NCBI GenBank assembly: GCA_002269645.1
Contig: NIVC01002485.1
Location: 105,108 to 169,107, forward strand
Reading direction: 5' to 3'
Source of the DNA: Macrostomum lignano
Lineage: Eukaryota
Length of the DNA stretch: 64,000 nt
Part shown: piece by piece, positions 1 to 12,195 of the stretch
Layout: each line of letters starts with the position of its first letter
Position numbering within the stretch: the first letter of the stretch is position 1
Notes under the pieces: model-generated
The model's input: only the letters and a program-made list of their open reading frames with translations
Told to the model about the DNA's origin: nothing
Database searches by the model: none
Position numbers and translations under genes: made by a program

Positions 1-1825
1 GTACAGTGTCTTTGGTATACAGTGTTTATGGGGTACAGTGTTTATGGGGTACAGTGTTTATGGGGTACAGTGTTTATGGGGTACAGTGTCTATGGTGTAC
101 AGTGTCTATGGGGTACAGTGTCTATGGGGTACAGTGTCTATGGGGTACAGTGTCTATGGGGTACAGTGTCTATGGGTACAGTGTCTATGGGTACAGTGTC
201 TATGGGGTACAGTGTCTATGGGTACAGTGTCTATGGGGTACAGTGTCTATGGGTACAGTGTCTATGGGGTACAGTGTCTATGGGGTACAGTGTCTATGGG
301 TACAGTGTCTATGGGGTACAGTGTCTATGGGTACAGTGTCTATGGGGTACAGTGTCTATGGGGTACAGTGTCTATGGGGTACAGTGTCTATGGGGTACAG
401 TGTCTATGGTGTACAGTGTCTATGGGGTACAGTGTCTATGGGGTACAGTGTCTATGGGGTACAGTGTCTATGGGGTACAGTGTCTATGGTACAGTGTCTA
501 TGGGGTACAGTGTCTATGGGGTACAGTGTCTATGGGGTACAGTGTCTTATGGGGTACAGTGTCTATGGGGTACAGTGTCTATGGGGTACAGTGTCTATGG
601 GGTACAGTGTCTATGGGGTACAGTGTCTATGGGGTACAGTGTCTATGGGGTACAGTGTCTTTGGTATACAGTGTCTATGGGGTACAGTGTCTATGGGGTA
701 CAGTATCTATGGGGTACAGTGTCTATGGGGTACAGTGTCTATGGGGTACAGTGTCTATGGGGTACAGTGTCTATGGGGTACAGTGTCTATGGGGTACAGT
801 GTCTATGGTATACAATGTTTATGGGGTACAGTGTTTATGGGGTACAGTGTTTATGGGGTACAGTGTTTATGGGGTACAGTGTCTTTGGTATACAGTGTCT
901 ATGGGGTACAGTGTTTATGGGGTACAGTGTTTATGGGGTACAGTGTCTTTGGTATACAGTGTCTTTGGTATACAGTGTTTATGGGGTACAGTGTCTTTGG
1001 TATACAGTGTTTATGGGGTACAGTGTTTATGGGGTACAGTGTTTATGGGTACAGTGTCTTGGTATACAGTGTTATGGGTACAGTGTCTTTGGGGTATACA
1101 GTGTTATGGGTACAGTGTCTATGGGGTACAGTGTCTATGGAGTACAGTGTCTATGGGGTACAGTGTCTATGGGTACAGTGTCTATGGGGTACAGTGTCTA
1201 TGGGTACAGTGTCTATGGGGTACAGTGTCTATGGGGTACAGTGTCTATGGGGTACAGTGTCTATGGGTACAGTGTCTATGGGGTACAGTGTCTATGGGGT
1301 ACAGTGTCTATGGGGTACAGTGTCTATGGGGTACAGTGTCTATGGGGTACAGTGTCTATGGTGTACAGTGTCTATGGGTACAGTGTCTATGGGGTACAGT
1401 GTCTATGGGGTACAGTGTCTATGGGGTACAGTGTCTATGGGGTACAGTGTCTATGGGGTACAGTGTCTATGGGGTACAGTGTCTATGGGGTACAGTGTCT
1501 ATGGGTACAGTGTCTATGGGGTACAGTGTCTATGGGGTACAGTGTCTATGGGGTACAGTGTCTATGGGGTACAGTGTCTATGGGGTACAGTGTCTATGGG
1601 GTACAGTGTCTATGGGGTACAGTGTCTATGGGGTACAGTGTCTATGGGGTACAGTGTCTATGGGGTACAGTGTCTATGGGGTACAGTGTCTATGGGGTAC
1701 AGTGTCTATGGGGTACAGTGTCTATGGGGTACAGTGTCTATGGGGTACAGTATCTATGGGGTACAGTGTCTATGGGGTACAGTGTCTATGGGTACAGTGT
1801 CTATGGGGTACAGTATCTATGTACT
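1..1825. repeat. Minisatellite, 17-bp unit GGGGTACAGTGTCTATG (runs off window start)
   Basis: About 100 near-identical tandem units with 16/17/18-bp variants; explains the three 614-624 aa ORFs. Confidence 0.97.
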
Positions 1826-2494
1826 ATGGGGTACAGTATTACAGTATTAAGGGTATTAAGACTATTTAGTATTAAGAGTATTAAGACTATTAAGACTAAG
1901 ACTATCTCTTAGAGCAATAAATGCGGTCAAGCAGCAGTGGGCTTTTGCCCACTCCAAACGCAATTCAAATCATATAATGCTTGCTCCGATAGCTGGTCTC
2001 AGTCAGAGAGTGCAGCAATCGCAGTGGGAGGCAGCATGCTGCTGTTTAATAAACGGAAGCATTCGGCATTGGTCGGTCGTCCAATATATTTTATGCCAAT
2101 TTTATATTGTTGAAGGCAGGGGCAGTAATACGAGTATCTTGAGTGGCTTGACCGGGCGTAACCTGGAGACTTTGCCGATGATATTTTATCAAAAGCAATA
2201 TAAGAAAAGGCATTACTGCGTTAGAATAATGCGTCTGTTACGAGCGTATTTAAAGACGTGACTTTTGTTTATAATATTGTATATTTAGCTAATTTAAAAG
2301 ACCAACTTATGTGCAAGCTGAACAAAAATAAAATCTTAGCAAGATGTTCTTGCAATAACAGACTGAAATATTTGCTTTGCTGACAGGAGAGACAGATATA
2401 GACAGGGAGAGGTGTTAAGAATCAGTCAAACTGACATAATTTTTTTAACAAATGAACACTTTTGAAGTATAAAGTTTAGTACAAAAACGATAGG

Positions 2495-3620
2495 GGGGTA
2501 CATAGAGAGACATAGAAAGGGGAGACACAGAGAGGGGAGACACAGAGAGGGGAGACGCAGAGAGGGGAGACGCAGAGAGGGGAGACACAGAGAGGAGAGA
2601 CATAGGAAGGGGGGACGCAGAGAGGGGAGACGCAGAGAGGGGAGACGCAGAGAGGGGAGACGCAGAGAGGGGAGACACAGAGAGGAGAGACATAGGAAGG
2701 GGGGACGCAGAGAGGGGAGACGCAGAGAGGGGAGACACAGAGATGGAGACACAGAGATGGAGACACAGAGATGGAGACACAGAGAGGGGAGACACAGAGA
2801 GGGGAGACACAGAGAGGGGAGACACAGAGAGGGGAGACACAGAGAGGGGAGACACAGAGAGGGGAGACACAGAGATGGGAGACACAGAGAGGGGAGACAC
2901 AGAGAGGGGAGACACAGAGAGGGGAGACACAGGAAGGGGAGACACAGAGAGGGGAGACACAGAGATGGGAGACACAGAGAGGGGAGACACAGAGATGGGA
3001 GACACAGAGAGGGGAGACACAGAGAGGGGAGACACAGAGAGGGGAGACACAGAGATGGGAGACACAGAGAGGGGAGACACAGAGAGGGGAGACACAGAGA
3101 TGGGAGATACAGAGAGGGGAGACACAGAGAGGGGAGACACAGAGAGGGGAGACACAGGAAGGGGAGACACAGAGAGGGGAGACACAGAGAGGGGAGACAC
3201 AGAGAGGGGAGACACAGAGAGGGGAGACACAGAGAGGGGAGACACAGAAAGGGGAGACACAGAGAGGGGAGACACAGAGAGGGGAGACACAGGAAGGGGA
3301 GACACAGAGAGGGGAGACACAGAGAGGGGAGACACAGAGAGGGGAGACACAGGAAGGGGGACGCAGAGAGGGGAGACACAGAGAGGGGAGACACAGAGAG
3401 GGGAGACACAGGAAGGCGGACGCAGAGAGGGGAGACACAGAGAGGGGAGACACAGAGAGGGGAGACACAGGAAGGGGAGACACAGAGAGGGGAGACACAG
3501 AGAGGGGAGACACAGAGAGGGGAGACACAGAGAGGGGAGACACAGAGAGGGGAGACACAGAGAGGGGAGACACAGGAAGGGGGACGCAGAGAGGGGAGAC
3601 ACAGAGAGGGGAGACACAGG
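2495..3620. repeat. Minisatellite, 15-bp unit GGAGACACAGAGAGG
   Basis: Purine-rich tandem array; source of the GDTER/GETQR/CLPSL ORFs. Confidence 0.96.
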
Positions 3621-4391
3621 GGATACGGAGGGAGATACAGAGAGATAGCTACGTACTTGGGGAGATACAGACTGACAGACAGACATGTAGTCTGGGAGGT
3701 ACAGATAAAGGACAACGGAGAGGGATACACAAGTATGAGAGTTTGATATTTGAAGGGGGTGAGAAATGCTTATGTGCGCACTGATACAGACTGCAATACA
3801 CGTGAATATAAATATAGTTGTAGTCATTGCTATTAAATTCGGATTAAACATGTGCCAAAGTTGTACGCAAACGATTAAGATTATAAACACGCAACCACAC
3901 AGATTTGGTGAGGCAATGCTGAGTAGGGTGCAAATATTAGAGGGTAGCATTTTTAAGTCCAATGTCCTAAAATAAGCATATAACGCAAAGCATTACATCG
4001 AATTCATCACTGTCAGAGAACTTGGGCCGGATTTGTACTACCGAGACAAATGACCAACAAGATGAATAAATTTATAAAATCAATATTTTTCATTGCGAAG
4101 CTGCAGCAGCATCAGCAGCAATGGACAGATTAACTGGGTCACGGGATCACAGGTTTCACAGAGTACATTGAGTAGCCATAGTCCTTAGACTATGACGGCT
4201 GAGTAGAAAGTAGCCATGAAGAATTGATGAAAAAATAGAAATATTCGCTCATCCAAACTCCACACTGAACAGGCTACAACACTCTGTACATTTAGTTGAT
4301 TGTTTGGTATAAGGTATGTTTCTCTTCATTTCCTGGGAATGCGAAAACGCTTTTCCCCAGTCTGTTGCTACTTTAAAAATAAAATTCGAAC

Positions 4392-5405
4392 TCAGGACGG
4401 CACTGCTTGTGGCGTCTGCGGCGGCTTCAACAGCGGCATCTGGTGCCCAAGTTCGTCGTCTGCCAGTTCGGCTTCTTCGTGGGCACCGTTGACAGCGATG
4501 GCGGCGACTGTCCCGTCGGGCTGCATGGTGGTGTAGAGCCCATTGTTGGTGTTGTGTGCCTGGCCGGAGCCGTCCGCATGGCAGCAGCAGCAGCGGCAGG
4601 TGAACATTCGGATCACGTGACTGCGGAAGTGCTTGTTCAGGCCGAAATAAATGAAGAAGTTGCAGCTGTAGCACAGCAGGTTGGGCGCGTTGGCCAGCAG
4701 TTTGTACTTGCGGTAGGTGAGGCACCGGTCCAGCGGGCAGCCCGGCGGGCAGCGGAAGATGATGCTGAACAGCTTGTGAAAGGAGAAGGCCTGCGGTATC
4801 TGGCCGAACAGCACCAGGCCGATGACCATCACCAGCATGATGGTGAGGCGGCGCTGCGCAGCGTGCCGTCGCGAGTTGACGCTCGACCGTTTCAGAGGCG
4901 ACACGACCTGCTGCTGCTGCGGCGGCGGCGCGGCGGCTGCGGCTGCGAGTACTTCTTCATCTTGCGCGACTGGCGGCGCAGAGCGAAGATCAAACGGCAG
5001 TTGGCGACGGCCAGGAACACCAGCGGCAGGAACTGGGCGGCGCAGGCGCGCAGCCAGATGCAGATCTCGTACCAGACTGTGCTGTAGAAATAGGACGCTC
5101 TGCCGCCAACGAACGTCTCGTTGCCGTCGTGTCCGTAGTAGGCGCGCATGCCGAAGAATGAGAACAGATTGATGAGGCAGGCGATGCCGAGGATGCCCAG
5201 CGTCACCCGTATGGCATTTCTCGACGTGCACCAAGTCTTGGATATGTTGTAGTGCTTCATGGAGATGTAGCGCTCCAGGGCTAGGCAGACTATGAGCCAG
5301 ACGCTGATGTTCTCGGTGATGTTGCCGATGGGGTTCAGGTAGTTGGACCACATGTAGTACATGTAGAGCTTGGTGTCCTTTAGAGGCTTCCAGCCTTTGG
5401 GTTTC
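4392..5405 (-). CDS. Class A neuropeptide GPCR (FMRFamide/sex-peptide-receptor-like), coding exon 2 (TM3-TM7, C-tail); 1-nt frameshift near 4930
   Basis: Acceptor CAG|G at 5406/5405. TM3 SVWLIVCLALERYISM, TM5 QFLPLVFLAVANCRLIFAL, then in the adjacent frame TM6 RLTIMLVMVIGLVLFGQIPQA and TM7 CNFFIYFGLNKHFR. The frames join where a CCG repeat reads CG. Confidence 0.85.
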   Translation of the reverse strand, partial: ETQRLEASKGHQALHVLHVVQLPEPHRQHHREHQRLAHSLPSPGALHLHEALQHIQDLVHVEKCHTGDAGHPRHRLPHQSVLILRHARLLRTRRQRDVRWRQSVLFLQHSLVRDLHLAARLRRPVPAAGVPGRRQLPFDLRSAPPVAQDEEVLAAAAAAPPPQQQQVVSPLKRSSVNSRRHAAQRRLTIMLVMVIGLVLFGQIPQAFSFHKLFSIIFRCPPGCPLDRCLTYRKYKLLANAPNLLCYSCNFFIYFGLNKHFRSHVIRMFTCRCCCCHADGSGQAHNTNNGLYTTMQPDGTVAAIAVNGAHEEAELADDELGHQMPLLKPPQTPQAVPS

Positions 5406-6682
5406 CTGTGCGCGGGGGGGGATTTGGCTTATTGAAATCCTAGCAACCAAGCTGATGAAGCAGGAAATTTAACCGTGAATTAGAAGCCCAGTGATAAATG
5501 GCGTGCGCCAAAGAAGGCTGAGACAGTCGGGGGAGTCTATTGTACTGACTCGAGGAGGAAACTGGTAGCTGAAATAGCTGAGAGAGCTGAAGTACAGCAT
5601 GAGATGCACAGATATTTCGATGCACTACTTGCTGCTTGACCGAAATACAGAAAAACAGGCAATAAAAATGGGCATGAATGATATCATATTTTTTATTTTC
5701 CAGCACTTTTCTCTGGTAGAAAATTAGGCAGAAATTTCCCTCCCGCATCAACTCCTCTCTGTGCAGCCAAAGGCTGTTCCTATGCTATTCCCACGGGAGG
5801 CTGGTTGGCAGTTAGCTGTCACTCTCCGCCCTCATCTCTTTCTCGCTTACTCACTCGCTCACTGCCGAAATAATAATAATAAGCGAAGCTGATTAATATT
5901 AATGCTCCTCTATTTATTATAACCAACCCCCCCCCCTTCAGAAGCCACAGGCGCTGAAAAATCTGTAAAAGTCTCGTAAAATCTGTGCTGACAAAAAGCC
6001 CCCGGAGGACATGACAAACTGTCCCAGCGCTTCAATTGGTAAGGGATGGCCGACTCGGCGATTCCATAAATTAATTAAACTCGACGCCCAACTCAGAGGC
6101 TCCCATTGATTTTGCCCGGGATTTCGCTGAACCAGCAGCTGGTCCGCGTCCCGCCCCCGCCCTTGCAGCGTCACCGCCTCTCCTCCTCGTTTGGTCCCTC
6201 ACTAAAAGGGAGGCAAAGGCGGAGAGGGTCGAGCAGGCAAACATTCGGCCTGGGAAACTGGACGCTGAGAGGAAAAACAAATAAATAAAATGGTCTCAAA
6301 CTTGGAGTGGGGTCGAGCTGGGCTGGCCCTCCGAATCGATCCCAAGACCACCTTCTATCCTGGGCTTTTGAAGGAGACCACTGGCCACTGTCTTTTATTG
6401 GTCTTTTCCCCAGCTTCTCTGGAGAAGATTCCGGTGATGAGGCGGGACACGGATTAGCTATTGATCCCGCTCTGCCGATCTTCCTAATTCCCCCGGCCTC
6501 CCTGGCCCTTGTTGAGGTGGCAAGTAGAAAGAAAACTGAAGCTTTGCTGCTTAGAGTGCAAGCTTATTGAGATGCGGAAAGATCAATATAGTCTGTTGGT
6601 GAGGCCTAACTAATGACCGCTAGTTAATTCTGCCCTACATACAGCTATTCATGATATTGTATGACGAAAGCCTTTGCTTTGT

Positions 6683-7430
6683 AACAGTGTCTATGGGGTA
6701 CAGTGTCTATGGGGTACAGTGTCTATGGGGTACAGTGTCTATGGGGTACAGTGTCTATGGTGTACAGTGTCTATGGGGTACAGTGTGTCTATGGGGTACA
6801 GTGTCTATGGGGTACAGTGTCTATGGGGTACAGTGTCTATGGGGTACAGTGTCTATGGGGTACAGTGTCTATGGGATACAGTGTCTATGGGGTACAGTGT
6901 CTATGGGGTACAGTGTCTATGGGGTACAGTGTCTATGGGGTACAGTGTCTATGGGGTACAGTGTCTATGGGGTACAGTGTCTATGGGGTACAGTGTCTAT
7001 GGGGTACAGTGTCTATGGTGTACAGTGTCTATGGGGTACAGTGTCTATGGGGTACAGTGTCTATGGGGTACAGTGTCTATGGGGTACAGTGTCTATGGGG
7101 TACAGTGTCTATGGGGTACAGTGTCTATGGGGTACAGTGTCTATGGGGTACAGTGTCTATGGTGTACAGTGTCTATGGGGTACAGTGTCTATGGGGTACA
7201 GTGTCTATGGGGTACAGTGTCTATGGGGTACAGTGTCTATGGGGTACAGTGTCTATGGGGTACAGTGTCTATGGGGTACAGTGTCTATGGGGTACAGTGT
7301 CTATGGTGTACAGTGTCTATGGGGTACAGTGTCTATGGGGTACAGTGTCTATGGGGTACAGTGTCTATGGGGTACAGTGTCTATGGGGTACAGTGTCTAT
7401 GGGGTACAGTGTTTATGGGGTACAGTGTCT
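6683..7430. repeat. Second array of the 17-bp GGGGTACAGTGTCTATG minisatellite, inside the GPCR intron
   Basis: Same unit and orientation as 1-1825. Confidence 0.96.
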
Positions 7431-7529
7431 GGGTAGACAGTTCACTCTATCTATCGCTGAGAGTAACGACCCTTCTAATAAACGCTCCTAGAGGCAAGGC
7501 GCAACAAGAAGCAAAGAGCAGCCACTCAC

Positions 7530-7798
7530 TCTCTCATGGCCATGACAAAGCACTCGGGCCACTTGACCACCAGATTGCAGATGTCGGACAGGGCCAGCGC
7601 CCACATGAACACAAACGGAGCTCCTTTGAACTCCTTGCCAACAGAGAAAACTCCCATAGTGAGCCCGTTCAGCACCAGGCCGATCGTGATGGTGCCCAGC
7701 TGGCACAGGTAGGCCGGGTGCTCAACGTCGACAGCGAACCAATCGAACTTTGGGCAGGAAATTCTGCTGCTGTTGCTTGAAGCGTTTTCAGCATTCAT
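7530..7798 (-). CDS. Same GPCR, coding exon 1 (N-terminus, TM1-TM2)
   Basis: ATG at 7798; N-glycosylation sequons NAS/NSS; TM1 IGLVLNGLTM; TM2 FMWALALSDICNL. Donor GA|GTGAGT at 7530/7529 is phase 2 and matches the exon-2 acceptor (GA+G = Glu). Confidence 0.85.
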
Positions 7799-7892
7799 TG
7801 CGATTCCTGTGCGAGTGTGGGATCCGGTTTATTTTAGGATTTCGCTTGGTTCAGCCTGCTTGAGATACTTGAAGTGGACAGGCGTCTCTTGA

Positions 7893-8220
7893 AGTGCTTG
7901 AGACGGCTGGGTATGATGAGGGCGGACTCTCATAGGCTGTGCTTGAGACGGCTGGGTATGATGAGGGCGGACTCTCATAGGCTGTGCTTGAGACGGCTGG
8001 GTATGTTCAGGGCGGACTCTCATAGGCTGTGCTTGAGACGGCTGGGAATTGTGAGGACAGACTCTCATAGACTGTGCTTGAGACGGTTGGGAATTGTGAG
8101 GACAGACTCTCATAGACTGTGCTTGAGACGGCTGAGTATGATGAGGGAAGAGTCTCATAGACTGTGCTTGAGACGCCTAGGAATGATGAGGACAGACTCT
8201 CATAGACTGTGCTCGAGACA
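7893..8220. repeat. 45-bp tandem repeat, about 7 copies
   Basis: Unit TGCTTGAGACGGCTGGGTATGATGAGGGCGGACTCTCATAGGCTG. Confidence 0.9.
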
Positions 8221-8591
8221 TCTGGGATTCAAGAAGAGTCAGTTGAGAATTTATTTTTCCATTTGCTACGCAAAATTCTTGGCAATGCTAATTGTTTTGC
8301 AGCGTGCAGCAAGTGCACACGGAGTCCCCCCGGGAGCAAGTAGCAACTAAAAACTGGTGGGAAAAACTCCCTGAGGCCGAGTTTTCCTCAAATTGCTGTT
8401 ATATTGGTATGGAGTATAAACTGATAAACTGATCAGCGACCAAGCAGAACATCTGCCTGAGGAGCCCTGTGAGCTCTTTACATTAGTGAAAAAATTATTT
8501 GAATCCCCAGTTTCACCAAATAGTAGGCTCTCAGCCTTCAAAACAAAACATGCCACTAGCCAGCAAATTCGATGCCTCTACGCTTATAAAT

Positions 8592-8640
8592 TGGCTCAGT
8601 GGTAAAACGCGCCGTGACCCCCGGGTTCGATTCTGTCGGC
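8592..8640 (+). other. Short tRNA-like Pol III promoter fragment (A and B boxes)
   Basis: TGGCTCAGTGG at 8592-8602 and GGTTCGATTC at 8624-8633; no full cloverleaf. Confidence 0.5.
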
Positions 8641-8694
8641 GGCCACATATAGTTAACATTGGAAACCGAAAACAAGTGCTTGTGTTAGACGTAG

Positions 8695-9000
8695 CAGATG
8701 TTGTAGCCTAGTGGCTAGAGCGTCGGACTCACGACTTAAAGGTCGGGGGTTCGATTCCTGATCCCACTGGAACAATTTGTGTCCTTGAGCAAGACACTTA
8801 ACTCTGCATTGCTTCAGTTCACCCAGCTGTAAAATGGGTGCCAGCATTAGCTGGGGTAATTCAGGCTGTGTGTTGCGACCCCCCAGTCCTTGGACTGAAC
8901 AGCCGTACGCAGCCTTCAGATGCGCCGCGCAATAGCTGCGGCTGAGCTGTCGGTTGCACATCTGATCATTAGGGCAGGTGCAATCAATCAATTAATTAAA
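8695..9000 (+). mobile_element. tRNA-derived SINE with CORE(MIR)-like central domain
   Basis: A box TAGCCTAGTGG 8704-8714 and B box GGTTCGATTCC 8748-8758. Then TGTGTCCTTGAGCAAGACACTTAAC...CAGCTGTAAAATGGG, resembling the CORE-SINE domain, and an (AATC/AATT)n tail. Confidence 0.8.
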
Positions 9001-9462
9001 TTGTTTTAGATGAACTGAAATTCTGACATCCGAAATCGAAGAAGAAACTCCTGACAAAGAGCCGCGCCTCGAAAAATAGATTGCTCGAACTCATCGAGCT
9101 CCCTGTCTGGCAGGGTCGGGGTACGAGGCGAAAGAAGAGAAAAAGGGAAAAAAACTTTCTGGCTTCAACGTAAAGCGTCCATCAGCACGAGAGTTTGAAC
9201 TGACTGTTGACGTATTAATAATTAATTTGAGCAATCAGCTGGGGGCTCCTTCTGAGGGGGAGCCGCTGCTTCTCTGAGGATATGGGAAGGCGAAGGAGAG
9301 CCGGTAGAGCCAAGACGATGGAGAAGCAGTTTTTAGTTTGCTAAAACAGTTCTGTGGAAGCAGCTTGCCGCTAGGCCTTGAAATTGAAACTGGGAGCTGC
9401 TTGGAGCTGGGAATTAATGCTTAGAAAGAAATTAGATAAGCATTGTCCTCATTGTAGCATTT

Positions 9463-9775
9463 CTTTTACCCTCCATTTCTCTTACCCTCCATTTCTCTTA
9501 CCCTCCATTTCTCTTACCCTCCATTTCTCTTACCCTCCATTTCCCTTTCCATCCACTTCCCTTACCCTCCATTTCCCTTACCCTCCACTTCCCTTACCCT
9601 CCACTTCCCTTACCCTCCACTTCCCTTACCCTCCACTTCCCTTACCCTCCACTTCCCTTACCCTCCACTTCCCTTACCCTCCACTTCCCTTACCCTCCAC
9701 TTCCCTTACCCTCCACTTCCCTTACCCTCCACTTCCCTTACCCTCCACTTCCCTTACCCTCCATTTCCCTTTGCC
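9463..9775. repeat. Minisatellite, 16-bp unit TTACCCTCCACTTCCC
   Basis: Pyrimidine-rich tandem array. Confidence 0.93.
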
Positions 9776-10769
9776 TCCATTTTCGTTACCCTCCAATTCC
9801 CTAAACTTCCATTCCCCAACCCTTCATTGCTTTAAAGCTCCAATGCTGCACCCTGGCTATCAGTAATCGCCAAACTCCGTAGGCAATTTGCATGTCACTA
9901 ATTAGAGAGTTTTAAGTTGAAGACAAGAGAAGGTGCAAGTTCTATTAATACTAATATTTCAGCCGATAGAGAACAACTTGAAGTCACAGAAGAAGCAAAA
10001 GCTAGTCCCAAATTTGAGTCAGCAAGCCAGCAATTGCATAGAAGAAATTTTACTAAAAGCAAAGGCTCTCTACAATGCATTGTTTTCGGCGTGAATGGCA
10101 GGCACTTGCATCTTATTTACCCCCGCCCCCCTCCTACAGTCCAATTAGGCAAATATTCCCAATTATGGCTGGGAAACTGGCTGAGCCGCGATGCGGAGGA
10201 GGCTAAACTGAAGAATTCCTTGCTGCTACTGTTGCTGCAAGTTGAGACAATGCCAGTCTTACGGCTGCCTGGGAGCGGGGACTGCCTGCCTAGCATTGGA
10301 AGGTTTTGGTGGGAGGCCAAAGCCACCCCATCCTAGCTCTTGTATTCCAGCAGCTAGCTGCTTTCGCGGCAGCAGCTAAAAGTGCAAGCAGATCGGGAAT
10401 CCGACACTAGACGAGACGGAGCAGCTTGGGGATGGGGATTTCGGGAGATAAGACATCCAAAAGTCTTAGTTGGCTGCCGAGGCCTCGCTGACAGCTGGAG
10501 CATAAATTTCCTAGATTTGATGCTGCCGCAGCTCATGTCACGGCAATACTTTTTTTCAACTGCTGAAGTGAAACACTGTGGAGCTGTTTGATGGGACAGA
10601 AGATCAATGGCTTTTGTCTGAGCTCTGGGATTCAACCCCATTGTTCTGCCGCATTGTTGCGGGTCTGGGGAGGGGGGCAGTGGTGGACTCGTGTGGCTAA
10701 TAACACAGTTTCTGCGCTTCACATTTTCTGGGCTTTGTGAGGGCTTTTATTAGCATCAATTTGGCCTGG

Positions 10770-11580
10770 AATGTTTGATAGCTGATGGGGATATTTGATA
10801 GCTGATGGGGATATTTGATAGCTGATGGGGATATTTGATAGCTGATGGGGATATTTGATAGCTGATGGGGATATTTGATAGCTGATGGGGATATTTGATA
10901 GCTGATGGGGATGTTTGATAGCTGATGGGGATATTTGATAGCTGATGGGGATATTTGATAGCTGATGGGGATATTTGATAGCTGATGGGGATATTTGATA
11001 GCTGATGGGGATGTTTGATAGCTGATGGGATATTTGATAGCTGATGGGGATATTTGATAGCTGATGGGGATGTTTGATAGCTGATGGGGATATTTGATAG
11101 CTGATGGGGATATTTGATAGCTGATGGGGATATTTGATAGCTGATGGGGATATTTGATAGCTGATGGGGATGTTTGATAGCTGATGGGGATATTTGATAG
11201 CTGATGGGGATATTTGATAGCTGATGGGGATATTTGATAGCTGATGGGGATATTTGATAGCTCATGGGGATATTTGATAGCTGATGGGGATATTTGATAG
11301 CTTATGGGGATGTTTGATAGCTGATGTGGATATTTGATAGCTGATGGGGATATTTGATAGTTGATGGGGATATTTGATAGCTGATGGGGATATTTGATAG
11401 CTGATGGGGATATTTGATAGCTGATGGGAATATTTGATAGCTGATGGGGATGTTTGATAGCTGATGGGAATATTTGATAGATGGTAGGGATGTTTGATAG
11501 ATGGTAGGGATGTTTGATAAATGGTAGGGATGTTTGATAGATGGTAGGGATGTTTGATAAATGGTAGGGATGTTTGATTA
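10770..11580. repeat. Minisatellite, 20-bp unit GATAGCTGATGGGGATATTT
   Basis: About 40 tandem units. Confidence 0.95.
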
Positions 11581-11894
11581 GCGTGTTTGCAGAAAGAAAG
11601 CATTGGAGAGGTGAATGAAAATGCAGCTGATATATCAAATCATGATGCATGTAAGAACATAATATCCGGGATCTGACAATTCTGCTTTCATTGAATCTGC
11701 TTTCAATAGCTGAATCGAGACAGAAAAAACAATGAAAAGCAGCTCAAAGCAGAAAGGACTGTGGGACTTTCCCTGCTTCTTTTCGAGACAAAACGTTTCT
11801 GATTTTTCAACGGAACTGATGGAGTGACCTGAAGTCTGGGCCGACTGCTTGAGATCGGTGTTGGCTGAAAAGTAAATCGGCCGCATTGTGACGA

Positions 11895-12195
11895 TTCTAG
11901 TAGATGACTGTAGGACTATCTAGTAGATGACTGTAGGACCATCTAGTAGATGACTGTAGGACCATCTAGTAGATGACTATGGGACCCTCTAGTAGATGAC
12001 TATAGGACCCTCTAGTAGATGACTATGGGACCCTCTAGTAGATGACTATAGGACCCTCTAGTAGATGAATATAGGACCCTCTAGTAGATGACTATAGGAC
12101 CCTCTAGTAGATGACTATAGGACCCTCTAGTAGATGACTATAGGACCCTCTAGTAGATGACTATAGGACCATCTAGTAGATGACTGTAGGACCCT
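11895..12195. repeat. Minisatellite, 23-bp unit CTAGTAGATGACTATAGGACCCT
   Basis: About 13 tandem units. Confidence 0.93.

Noticed and set aside
6-3962. 300-620 aa ORFs in all frames (GYSVYGVQCLW, GDTER, CLPSL repeats)
   Set aside because: Translations of stop-free minisatellite units; open in several frames; no unique domain.
8695-8770. Functional tRNA gene
   Set aside because: No proper acceptor stem or poly-T terminator; it continues into a SINE body.
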